Below, piece by piece: positions 56,046 to 64,000 of a stretch of DNA of 64,000 bases. Source of the stretch: Minisyncoccia bacterium (GTDB lineage Bacteria; Patescibacteriota; Minisyncoccia; Phycocordibacterales; UBA918). The stretch spans positions 70,658-134,657 of the forward strand of contig JBGSPE010000011.1 of the NCBI GenBank assembly GCA_041738755.1. Direction: 5' to 3'. How positions within the stretch are numbered: the stretch's first letter is position 1; the number at the start of each line of letters is the position of its first letter. The notes under the pieces are model-generated. The model worked only from the letters and a program-made list of their open reading frames with translations. It was not told the DNA's origin and ran no database searches. The translations under genes were made by a program, and so were the position numbers.

Positions 56046-58427
56046 TTATTTCAAAATTCTGGTCATCTCTGCCCAGTTTTGACCAACCTTCACCTCGGCT
56101 TTAATGGGAACTCCCAGCGTTTCCTTTCCTACCAAGACATCCTCCATCTCCTGCAAAAGCAGTGGCGTGTATTTCTCCACCAGACCATCTTTAATTTCAA
56201 AAACTAATTCGTCGTGAATTTGCAGCAACATCCGAACATCGTTTGATAGATTTTGTTTTGTAATTAGATGTGCGATAGCAACCATCGCCACTCGGACAAT
56301 ATCTGCGGCTGTACCCTGAATTGGTGCGTTAATGGCCATTCGTTCAGCTTGAGCTCGGATAAACGGCACACTGGAAGCGATACCTGGGAAATGTCGTCGA
56401 CGTCCGAAGAACGTCTCGGTATATCCAAGCTTGCGCGCTTCTGATTTGGTGTCTTCAAGATATTCGGCCAATCGAGTGAAGGTTTGAAAGTACGCAGTGA
56501 GAAAGGCTTGTGCCTCTTCGCGCTTCGTATCTTCACCAAGATTCTGTCGCAGCGCGTTCACCCCCATGCCGTAGAGGATGCCGAAGTTAATCACTTTTGC
56601 CTTGCGTCGCATATCTGCGGTAACCTCATCGCCTGATACACCAAATACTCGACTCGCCACCCCTTGGTGAACGTCCTCACCTCGTTTGAAAATCTCTACT
56701 AGGTTTTTATCTTGTGAAAGAATAGCGGCAATGCGTAATTCAATCTGAGAGTAATCAATGGCAACGAGCACATACCCCGGCGAAGCCACAAAAGCCTGCC
56801 GAATAGCCATCCCTTCCTTAGTCCGAACAGGAATATTTTGAATATTTGGATCTTTACTTCCCATCCGACCGGTGGTGGTTCCCGTCTGTAAAAACGTCGT
56901 GTGTAGTTTCCCGTCAGTCCCCACCATGGTTGGAAGTGTATCAATGTAGGTTGAAACTAATTTCTGTAATTCACGGTAGCGAAGAATGTCATCAATTATT
57001 GGATGTTCTCCTTTGAGCTTCTCGAGTTCAGATTCTTTGGTAGAACGCTGTCCGCCGGCGGTCTTTTTGGCATTTTTAATTTTTAATCCTAACGTATCAA
57101 AAATAATATCTCCGAGTTGTTTTGGGGAATTAATATTGAACTCCACTCCGGCGTGGGCATAAATTTTCCCTTCAAGTTCGGTCAATTCCTTATGGAGCCG
57201 AAGTGAAAGTTTCTTAAGATACCCAACGTCGAGTGTAATGCCATTTGTTTGCATCCCTTCAATAATTGAAATAAGTGGGCGCTCAATCTCATCAAAGAGT
57301 GGCCACAGGCCTTCTTCTGTTACCTTCTTTTGCATCGCAGTCACGGTGTCTTCCCAACCATTCGTTTTTAAAAATGACCGACCATAATCAATAATGTCAT
57401 CAATACTTGCATTGGTGCGCTCGCTCTCCAAAAGCCACAGGAGAATAGCGGCTTCTTTATGGTCAGTGATAGAAATACCTGATACATCAGTTGGAACTTC
57501 AGCGGCAGTAATATCGAATAACCTTCTTATTCTGTCGGTTACTGTCCTAAAACCAAATTCACTGAAAAGATTTAAAATAGTATCTGTGCTAGCTCGCTCC
57601 CGCCAGCGCGTTTCCTCTACCGCAAAGCTCTCGAGGGCATCAACTCTAATTGTGGCAAGCATTTTTGAAAATTCAGCATCCTCTTTCCCCTCTTTAAGTA
57701 AATTAATCATCCGGGGAGTGATGCCGAGCTCTTTAAAGGGTGCCTCATCTTTGAGGAGTACCTTATACATTTTTTCAATTGAACCAAAATGAGAGATGAG
57801 AATCGTGGCAGTCTTTTCTCCAATGCCAACAATCCCGGGAATATTATCTGAGGTATCGCCGCGTAAACCTTTGTAGTCTGGAACGTGTACCGGGCCGAAG
57901 CCATAGCGATCTTTGACCGTCGCTTCATCATAGAGAATGGTGTCTTTAATTCCCTTTTTCAAGGTGTACACCTGTACCCGTTTTTTATCAACACACTGCA
58001 AGGTATCCATATCGCCTGAAGCAATAATTACCTTAAGATTTTTTTGAGCCTTGGTGAGGTGAGCAATTGAACCGAGCAAGTCATCAGCTTCAAATCCCGG
58101 CCGCTCAAAGATTTGAATACCGAATGCCGCAAAGATATCGCGTGACCGCTCAATCTGCGCCACCAGTGATTCGTCAGTTTTTGAACGACCAGCTTTGTAT
58201 CCTTCAAATGCTGTGTGGCGATACGTCGCTTCTGGTAAGTCATAGCAAGCGACGATGTATTCTGGCTTAAACTCCTCAATAATTTTAAGAAGCATGGTCA
58301 CCACTCCATACAACGCCCCGGTTGGTTCTCCCGTCGGGGACGAAAAATCTGGTAGCGCATGATAGGCCCGATGCAATATTGCATGTGCATCAAGAATTAC
58401 GAGTGTTTCATCAGTTACGTTTGCCAT
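56046..58427 (-). CDS. polA: DNA polymerase I (5'-3' exonuclease plus polymerase domains; 3'-5' exonuclease domain apparently absent or vestigial)
   Basis: Motif A LVAIDYSQIELRIAA, motif C LLQIHDELVFE; N-terminal FEN-like domain. Confidence 0.9.
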   Translation of the reverse strand: MANVTDETLVILDAHAILHRAYHALPDFSSPTGEPTGALYGVVTMLLKIIEEFKPEYIVACYDLPEATYRHTAFEGYKAGRSKTDESLVAQIERSRDIFAAFGIQIFERPGFEADDLLGSIAHLTKAQKNLKVIIASGDMDTLQCVDKKRVQVYTLKKGIKDTILYDEATVKDRYGFGPVHVPDYKGLRGDTSDNIPGIVGIGEKTATILISHFGSIEKMYKVLLKDEAPFKELGITPRMINLLKEGKEDAEFSKMLATIRVDALESFAVEETRWRERASTDTILNLFSEFGFRTVTDRIRRLFDITAAEVPTDVSGISITDHKEAAILLWLLESERTNASIDDIIDYGRSFLKTNGWEDTVTAMQKKVTEEGLWPLFDEIERPLISIIEGMQTNGITLDVGYLKKLSLRLHKELTELEGKIYAHAGVEFNINSPKQLGDIIFDTLGLKIKNAKKTAGGQRSTKESELEKLKGEHPIIDDILRYRELQKLVSTYIDTLPTMVGTDGKLHTTFLQTGTTTGRMGSKDPNIQNIPVRTKEGMAIRQAFVASPGYVLVAIDYSQIELRIAAILSQDKNLVEIFKRGEDVHQGVASRVFGVSGDEVTADMRRKAKVINFGILYGMGVNALRQNLGEDTKREEAQAFLTAYFQTFTRLAEYLEDTKSEARKLGYTETFFGRRRHFPGIASSVPFIRAQAERMAINAPIQGTAADIVRVAMVAIAHLITKQNLSNDVRMLLQIHDELVFEIKDGLVEKYTPLLLQEMEDVLVGKETLGVPIKAEVKVGQNWAEMTRILK

Positions 58428-58466
58428 TTGTTTCTTTAGTATACCTGGTTTCTCAAGGCTGGCACT

Positions 58467-58985
58467 CTATACTTCCTCGCCGGTAACTTGTGCGATTCGC
58501 CTTTCTGTCTCATCAATTTCTATTGAAATGTGTATATGGTCAGGTGGCAAGACAGGGGCAATTTTCTCTGGCCATTCAATACATATGAGCGTGTGTGCTT
58601 GTTCGAGTAACTGAGAAAATTGTAATGGCCGAAGCTCATCCAACTCTTCAATTCGATAGGCATCAATGTGTACTAATTCGGAGAACTGCGGGTGGGTTGT
58701 CTGATACTGCTTCATAATAGTAAAGGTTGGGCTGGTGACGATATCTGTTACACCCAACTGCTGCGCCAACTCTTGAACAAAGGTTGTCTTCCCTGCCCCC
58801 AAATCACCTTGAAACGATAATACGACCGCCTTATTCTTTGGTCGCTCTGCTGCCATCAGGATGACATCAGTCACCACACGGGGTAAATCTTCTAATTGAT
58901 AGATGTACTTCTTTTCGAACATATCGACTGACTGTAGCAAATCTAATCGCTTCTGAACACTATGCATTTCAGCACTTTTTTGCAT
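58467..58985 (-). CDS. tsaE: tRNA t6A37 biosynthesis protein TsaE (YjeE); probable start near 58922
   Basis: Walker A LSFQGDLGAGKTTF. Confidence 0.75.
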   Translation of the reverse strand: MQKSAEMHSVQKRLDLLQSVDMFEKKYIYQLEDLPRVVTDVILMAAERPKNKAVVLSFQGDLGAGKTTFVQELAQQLGVTDIVTSPTFTIMKQYQTTHPQFSELVHIDAYRIEELDELRPLQFSQLLEQAHTLICIEWPEKIAPVLPPDHIHISIEIDETERRIAQVTGEEV

Positions 58986-59002
58986 GGTATCATTATTGGT
59001 AC

Positions 59003-60742
59003 ATGATTCAATTTAACGATTCGTTCTCAAATACCAAACTAGCCGGTCTTCATAATGTTGAGGAAGAGCGATTTGTGCAAACTATTGCCAGCCAATATGG
59101 GATGAATTATATCAATCTTCAAGGGTATACCATCAACCCTGAAGCACTCGTAATGGTGCCAGAAGCTAAGTCACGGAAACTAGAAGTAGCTTGTTTTGAT
59201 CACAGTCAGAGCTCAATCAAGATAGCTGCCAAAAACCCTAATGATCCAGCGGTGCAAAATCTTTTCCAAGAACTAGCAGCGCGCAAATATGTCCTCGATA
59301 TTTATATCTGCTCAAACGGAAGTCTTGAACATGCCTGGAAACGCTATCAAGATGTCGTAAGTTCAAACGCTGAAAAAAAAGGTGTCTTAGAGATTGATCC
59401 AAAAGACATCGAACGATTGATGGGCAGTATCAAGGAGTTAAAAGATGTGGATGCAGTCTTAAAACATATCACCACCATTAACAATTCAAGGCGTATCAGT
59501 GAAACACTCGAGCTTATCTTTGCGGGGGCAATTGCCCTGCGAGCATCTGACATTCACATTGAACCAGAAGAAGGAAGCGTGCGCGTACGGTACCGATTTG
59601 ATGGTGTGCTTCATGATGCGACCGATGTAGATAGCTACATTTACAAAAGAATTATCACTCGCCTCAAACTGCTTTCAGGCATGATGCTCAATTCAAAAAA
59701 AATCGCTCAAGATGGTCGTTTTACCTTCACGGCTGGCGAACGTGAGATTGAAATCCGCTCATCGATTATTCCTGGCTCAATTGATGAATCAATTGTGATG
59801 CGTATTCTCGACCCTGGTGTCGCAAGTTTCAGCATGGAAAAGCTTCGCCTTAACAACATCATCTCAGCCGTGATTAAGGAGCAAATTAAAAAACCCAACG
59901 GGTTAATTTTTACAACCGGGCCGACTGGTTCAGGAAAGACGACAGCCCTATATGCCTTTTTGCGTGAGGCTCACAATGACGGAGTTAAAATTATCACGAT
60001 TGAAAATCCCGTTGAATACAAACTCGAAGGAATCGTCCAAACCCAAACAGACAAAGACTATACGTTTGCAAGCGGCTTGCGAGCAATTCTGCGCCAAGAC
60101 CCCGACATCATTATGATTGGAGAAGTCCGTGATCAAGAAGTGGCTGAGACGGCCATGCATGCCGCCCAAACCGGACACTTGGTTTTCACTACGTTGCACA
60201 CCAACAGTGCTGCTGCTGGCTTCCCGCGTCTGATTGACCTCGGGATAGACCCGCGTATCTTTGGTACCTCAATTAATATCATGTTGGGGCAGCGACTCGT
60301 TCGAATCTTATGTCCAGAATGTAAGGCCGCCCACCCTGCCAACGCCGCTGAGGAAAGACTCATTACCACGGTTCTGGCCACTCACCCGCACCCCCAAACA
60401 GCCACTTCTCCGTTCACGCTATACCAACCTGTTGGCTGTGGCCACTGTGGTGATACTGGCTATAAGGGACGAGCAGGTATTTTTGAAGGAATTATTGTTG
60501 ATGATGCAGTGGAGGAAGCAATTATCCGAGACCCGCGCGAGCATGTGATTTTAGATGCAGCCAGGCCGCAAGGCATTCCAACCATGCTCGAGGATGGTAT
60601 TGAAAAAATCCTCAACGGCACCACTTCGATGGCTGAGCTTGCTCGCGTGATTGAACTCCCAAATGAACATGAATTAGCCGCAGTTCCAGATACAACAAAA
60701 AAACCATCTGTCGAAGATGATTTCTCGTCACATATTGTGTAA
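59003..60742 (+). CDS. pilB: Type IV pilus assembly ATPase PilB (GspE family)
   Basis: T2SSE N-terminal domain; Walker A GPTGSGKTT; tetracysteine CPEC...CGHC. Confidence 0.85.
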   Translation: MIQFNDSFSNTKLAGLHNVEEERFVQTIASQYGMNYINLQGYTINPEALVMVPEAKSRKLEVACFDHSQSSIKIAAKNPNDPAVQNLFQELAARKYVLDIYICSNGSLEHAWKRYQDVVSSNAEKKGVLEIDPKDIERLMGSIKELKDVDAVLKHITTINNSRRISETLELIFAGAIALRASDIHIEPEEGSVRVRYRFDGVLHDATDVDSYIYKRIITRLKLLSGMMLNSKKIAQDGRFTFTAGEREIEIRSSIIPGSIDESIVMRILDPGVASFSMEKLRLNNIISAVIKEQIKKPNGLIFTTGPTGSGKTTALYAFLREAHNDGVKIITIENPVEYKLEGIVQTQTDKDYTFASGLRAILRQDPDIIMIGEVRDQEVAETAMHAAQTGHLVFTTLHTNSAAAGFPRLIDLGIDPRIFGTSINIMLGQRLVRILCPECKAAHPANAAEERLITTVLATHPHPQTATSPFTLYQPVGCGHCGDTGYKGRAGIFEGIIVDDAVEEAIIRDPREHVILDAARPQGIPTMLEDGIEKILNGTTSMAELARVIELPNEHELAAVPDTTKKPSVEDDFSSHIV

Positions 60743-61081
60743 TTTAGAGGGAGCAACATTTGAGAAGTGAATCGACGCGGGGTCAATACAACATCTCAAA
60801 TTTTTATGATACTGTCAGGTCAGTTCCTGACGGCTCCAGAATATAACTCTCTAAGCAAGACTTCCGCATTGAAAGTGAATACCGCGCTAAGGAAGTCTAC
60901 AGCACTCTCACTCCAGGGTGAGCGCCATGTACCCCTCGCAACGTATCCAAGTTTGCTTAGAGAGTTATCGTCTGGAACAGACAATGGTTTATAAAAACAG
61001 TGTGCAAAGCACGGTGGCGGGGCCACGAGAACAATCAATTGCATATATCTTAGCATATATTAATTATTTGTCAACTACCTT

Positions 61082-62131
61082 GTGGTCGTTTCTATTTCAT
61101 GTCTCTCTTCGCCCGAAAAGGCGATTTTTGTTATACTAGAAGACATGGAAAAACCACTGACTGTTACCAAAGATGATGCCGGTGGTCTTGATAAGTCACT
61201 CCGCCCTCAAGCGTGGGAAGAATACATCGGACAAAGTAAAACCAAGGAAAATCTCCGAATTCTTTTAACCGCCGCGCGCGAACGAGGCCACGCCGCCGAG
61301 CATATTCTGCTTTATGGTCCACCCGGGCTTGGGAAAACGACGCTCGCCAACCTGATTGCAAAAACATTGGGCACCAACATGCGGATTACCTCTGGTCCAG
61401 CCATTGAACGGGTTGGGGACTTAGCGGCAATATTAACTAACCTCTCGCCCGGGGACGTGTTATTTATTGATGAAATCCACCGCCTGTCAAAAAGTATCGA
61501 GGAGGTTCTCTATCCAGCCATGGAGTCAGGGGTACTCGATATTATTATCGGCAAAGGCCCGTCAGCTCGAACCGTCCAACTCGACCTTCCCCCGTTTACA
61601 CTGGTTGCTGCAACGACCCGCATCTCCCTTCTCTCTTCACCACTTCGGTCGCGATTTTCGGGAGGGACATTTCGACTCGATTTTTATACTGAAACTGAAA
61701 TTGCGGAAATTCTAAAACGTTCGGCAACCTTGCTTAAGGTAGATACTACCGATGAGCTACTTCATACTGTTTCAAAACGATGCCGTGCCACACCACGAAC
61801 CGCCAATTACCTACTCAAGCGTTGTCGAGACCTCGCCCAGCTTGAGAGTAGCCCCCTCACTGCGGAACTACTTGAAAAAACTTTTAATCTTTTAGAAATC
61901 GACACCTTAGGCTTAGGACGACCCGACCGGTTTGTGCTTGAAACCATCATCCACAAATTCAACGGTGGTCCAGTGGGACTCAACACTATTGCCGCAGCCA
62001 CGGGTGAAGAAGCTTCAACCGTAGAGGATGTAGTTGAACCATACCTTATTCGATTAGGACTCCTTGAACGAACTCCTCGTGGCCGCATCGCCAGCCCCGC
62101 CGCCTACGAACACCTACAAAATCAAATCTAG
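61082..62131 (+). CDS. ruvB: Holliday junction branch-migration helicase RuvB (probable start near 61145)
   Basis: [18 protein letters not shown] Walker A; RuvB sensor motifs. Confidence 0.9.
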   Translation: MVVSISCLSSPEKAIFVILEDMEKPLTVTKDDAGGLDKSLRPQAWEEYIGQSKTKENLRILLTAARERGHAAEHILLYGPPGLGKTTLANLIAKTLGTNMRITSGPAIERVGDLAAILTNLSPGDVLFIDEIHRLSKSIEEVLYPAMESGVLDIIIGKGPSARTVQLDLPPFTLVAATTRISLLSSPLRSRFSGGTFRLDFYTETEIAEILKRSATLLKVDTTDELLHTVSKRCRATPRTANYLLKRCRDLAQLESSPLTAELLEKTFNLLEIDTLGLGRPDRFVLETIIHKFNGGPVGLNTIAAATGEEASTVEDVVEPYLIRLGLLERTPRGRIASPAAYEHLQNQI

Positions 62132-62134
62132 TGT

Positions 62135-62692
62135 ATGTCTGGACATAATAAATGGTCAAAGATTAAACATAAGAAAGCCGCTACCGATGCACAAAAGAGT
62201 CGAGTGTTCTCCAAACACGCTGCGCTTATCACTATGGAAGTAAAGAAAGCAGGTGGCAACACGGACTCCGCCAATGTCTTAGCTGCCGTTGAACGAGCAA
62301 AAAAGGACTCAATGCCAAAAGAAAATATTGAACGTGCGCTACAGAAAGGAAAAGGGGTGGATGCGGCAGCCTTAGAAGAAATTATGTTCGAAGGCTATGG
62401 CCCTGGTGGAGTTGCTCTTCTCATAGAAGTAGTGACCGACAATAACAACCGCACGGCACCGCTCATTCGCCATGTCTTTACCAAAGCTGGACTTGAACTC
62501 GGGAGTCCCGGATCGGCTGTTTGGGCATTTTCTAAATCAGCCGATGGCTACACTCCCACTAATCCACTTACTCTCACGGACGAAGCTGGAGAAAAACTGG
62601 CAGATTTTATAGAACGACTGGAAGAAATTCCTGATGTGACTAATATTTATTCCGCCGCTGATACTAATGAAGACGAGTATGAGAGTAATTAG
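62135..62692 (+). CDS. yebC: YebC/PmpR-family transcriptional regulator (short variant, 185 aa)
   Basis: MSGHNKWSKIKHKKA...EGYGPGGVALLIE signature. Confidence 0.8.
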   Translation: MSGHNKWSKIKHKKAATDAQKSRVFSKHAALITMEVKKAGGNTDSANVLAAVERAKKDSMPKENIERALQKGKGVDAAALEEIMFEGYGPGGVALLIEVVTDNNNRTAPLIRHVFTKAGLELGSPGSAVWAFSKSADGYTPTNPLTLTDEAGEKLADFIERLEEIPDVTNIYSAADTNEDEYESN

Positions 62693-63158
62693 TGTTGACC
62701 CTGGCTACGACAGACTGGGGGTAGCCGTTCTTGAATATCAAAACGGTAAGGAGTTTCTTCTCTACTCGGGCTGTATTGAAACTAATAAAAAGGCTAGTTT
62801 AAACGAGCGGCTTTATGAATTAGGGATGGCGTTTACAGTTATTTTGGAGACGTATCAACCTAACACCTTAGGAATTGAGACACTCTTTTTTAACAATAAT
62901 CAAAAAACTGCTATTGGTGTTGCTGCCGCCAGAGGAATTATTATGTATCTAGCTCAAGTCGCCGACTGCACTGTTTATGAGTTTGGTCCACAAGAAGTAA
63001 AAGTGGCTATTACTGGCTACGGCAAGAGTGATAAGGCTGCTGTAACTGACATGGTACGACGACTTCTCACAAACGCTCCGGCGATCGCCCTTGACGACGA
63101 GTATGATGCGATTGCTGTCGGCATAACGTGTCTTGCACATCACGGCAGAAACCAGTAA
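62682..63158 (+). CDS. ruvC: Crossover junction endodeoxyribonuclease RuvC
   Basis: MRVISVDPGYDRLGVAVLE N-terminal catalytic Asp; overlaps the yebC end. Confidence 0.85.
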   Translation, partial: RVISVDPGYDRLGVAVLEYQNGKEFLLYSGCIETNKKASLNERLYELGMAFTVILETYQPNTLGIETLFFNNNQKTAIGVAAARGIIMYLAQVADCTVYEFGPQEVKVAITGYGKSDKAAVTDMVRRLLTNAPAIALDDEYDAIAVGITCLAHHGRNQ

Positions 63159-63228
63159 AATCCCCTCTTGATACGAGCCGGCCATTGTCAGAAGTTCGTT
63201 TCTTTGTTACAAAAAAACCGTAACCGAT

Positions 63229-63507
63229 TTGCATATGAATTATATTAGAATTGAAGATGAGGAAGAGGAAGCGGAACTCGATGATGAGGTAGCTTCGCTG
63301 GATGATGACCTCCTTGATGAGGTGGCTGCTCCAGAAGAAGATGAACTCGAGGATGAAGTAGAAGGATTCGGATTGATTGCAGAGGATGACGAAAAAGAGG
63401 AAGAGGAAGAAAAAGAGGAAGAGGATGAACTCGATGAAGTTGCTGAACTAGAAGATGATGTCGAAGACGTCGACTACGATAGCTTCGATGATGTCGATGA
63501 GATGTAA
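63229..63507 (+). CDS. Extremely acidic (Asp/Glu-rich) low-complexity 92-aa protein
   Basis: ORF followed by a strong hairpin terminator (aaaaaactccccgaccggggagtttttt). Confidence 0.35.
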   Translation: MHMNYIRIEDEEEEAELDDEVASLDDDLLDEVAAPEEDELEDEVEGFGLIAEDDEKEEEEEKEEEDELDEVAELEDDVEDVDYDSFDDVDEM

Positions 63508-63537
63508 TAAAAAACTCCCCGACCGGGGAGTTTTTTA

Positions 63538-64000
63538 TTACATCATGATGACCGAAAGATGTTTCTTCCCGCGTTTTAAAATTCCAACTCCGTTAATACC
63601 ATCGATGGCGGATAGTTCAGCATCCACGGTGAGAATCTTTTCACCATTTAAGGTAATGGCTCCGCTTTCAATAAAGGTACGAGCTTCTCGTTTACTTGAT
63701 GCCAACGACGTAGCTACCAGCACATCCACTGCCGACATAGCCTGTACTAACGCAAAAGTAGGGGCATTGCTTTGGATGACTTCTTTTTGCGCGTCAGTCA
63801 GTGACTCAAGTTTTGCCTCCCCAAATAGCAGGTCCGAAACCGAAGCAACAATCCCCGCTTGTTCATTCCCATGCACAATCGAAGTCACTTCGGCCGCCAA
63901 CACCTTTTGAGCCTGCCGCTTTCCAGGATTCAGCGTAAAATCTTTTTCAATTGCAGCAATCTCTTCTAAGCTCAAGAATGTAAACAGCTTGAGGTAGTCG
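63538..64000 (-). CDS. tyrS: Tyrosyl-tRNA synthetase, C-terminal part (S4-like domain); gene continues beyond the window end
   Basis: ARTFIESGAITLNGEKI S4-like motif; frame open to the window edge. Confidence 0.55.
   Translation of the reverse strand, partial: DYLKLFTFLSLEEIAAIEKDFTLNPGKRQAQKVLAAEVTSIVHGNEQAGIVASVSDLLFGEAKLESLTDAQKEVIQSNAPTFALVQAMSAVDVLVATSLASSKREARTFIESGAITLNGEKILTVDAELSAIDGINGVGILKRGKKHLSVIMM

Noticed and set aside
1-64000. CRISPR arrays, rRNA genes, IS elements with terminal inverted repeats
   Set aside because: No regularly spaced short direct repeats, no rRNA-like conserved blocks and no transposase-like ORFs were seen. The only mobility gene is the interrupted serine recombinase.

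Overview
The window is 64 kb of a moderately AT-rich bacterial chromosome, densely packed with genes. Several features suggest a reduced genome of the CPR/Patescibacteria type: a ribosomal protein L19 with an acidic tail, short HolA and YebC, a PolA of only 793 aa, and type IV pilus genes. This lineage placement is inferred, not demonstrated.

Core housekeeping genes: the zwf-gnd-pgl oxidative pentose-phosphate operon, uppS, acyP, an RluA-family pseudouridine synthase, rplS, rpsT, msrB, ruvA, ruvB, ruvC, ruvX, yebC, polA, a holA-like gene, tsaE, a Mur-family ligase, a SpoU methyltransferase, pilMNO and pilB. There are seven tRNA genes: Leu-GAG, Val-TAC, Arg-TCT, Arg with an unusual GCG anticodon, Ser-TGA and Lys-TTT, plus several tRNA 3'-end fragments.

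Accessory content worth a second look:
- A compact operon of an E2-like protein, an E1-like (ThiF) protein and a GC-rich 45-aa ORF ending in Gly, at 2022..3463.
- Two extracytoplasmic thiol-redox modules (thioredoxin-like + CcdA + FAD-disulfide reductase fused to a DedA domain; and a CcdA-TlpA fusion).
- A MOSC-domain gene bracketed by 48-bp direct repeats next to tRNA-Val.
- An AAC(3)-I-like acetyltransferase, YdeI and GST cluster.
- Most notably, an island of about 10.7 kb next to tRNA-Ser (about 33.4..44.1 kb). It carries a Dcm C5-methyltransferase, a ParB-N6/N4 methyltransferase fusion, a serine recombinase interrupted by an in-frame TAA, and a five-gene cassette on the minus strand built around a GHKL (MORC/MutL-like) ATPase. 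Three large uncharacterised proteins in that cassette include one with a possible PD-(D/E)xK motif. I propose the cassette as a candidate novel restriction/defence system.

No CRISPR array or rRNA genes were seen.
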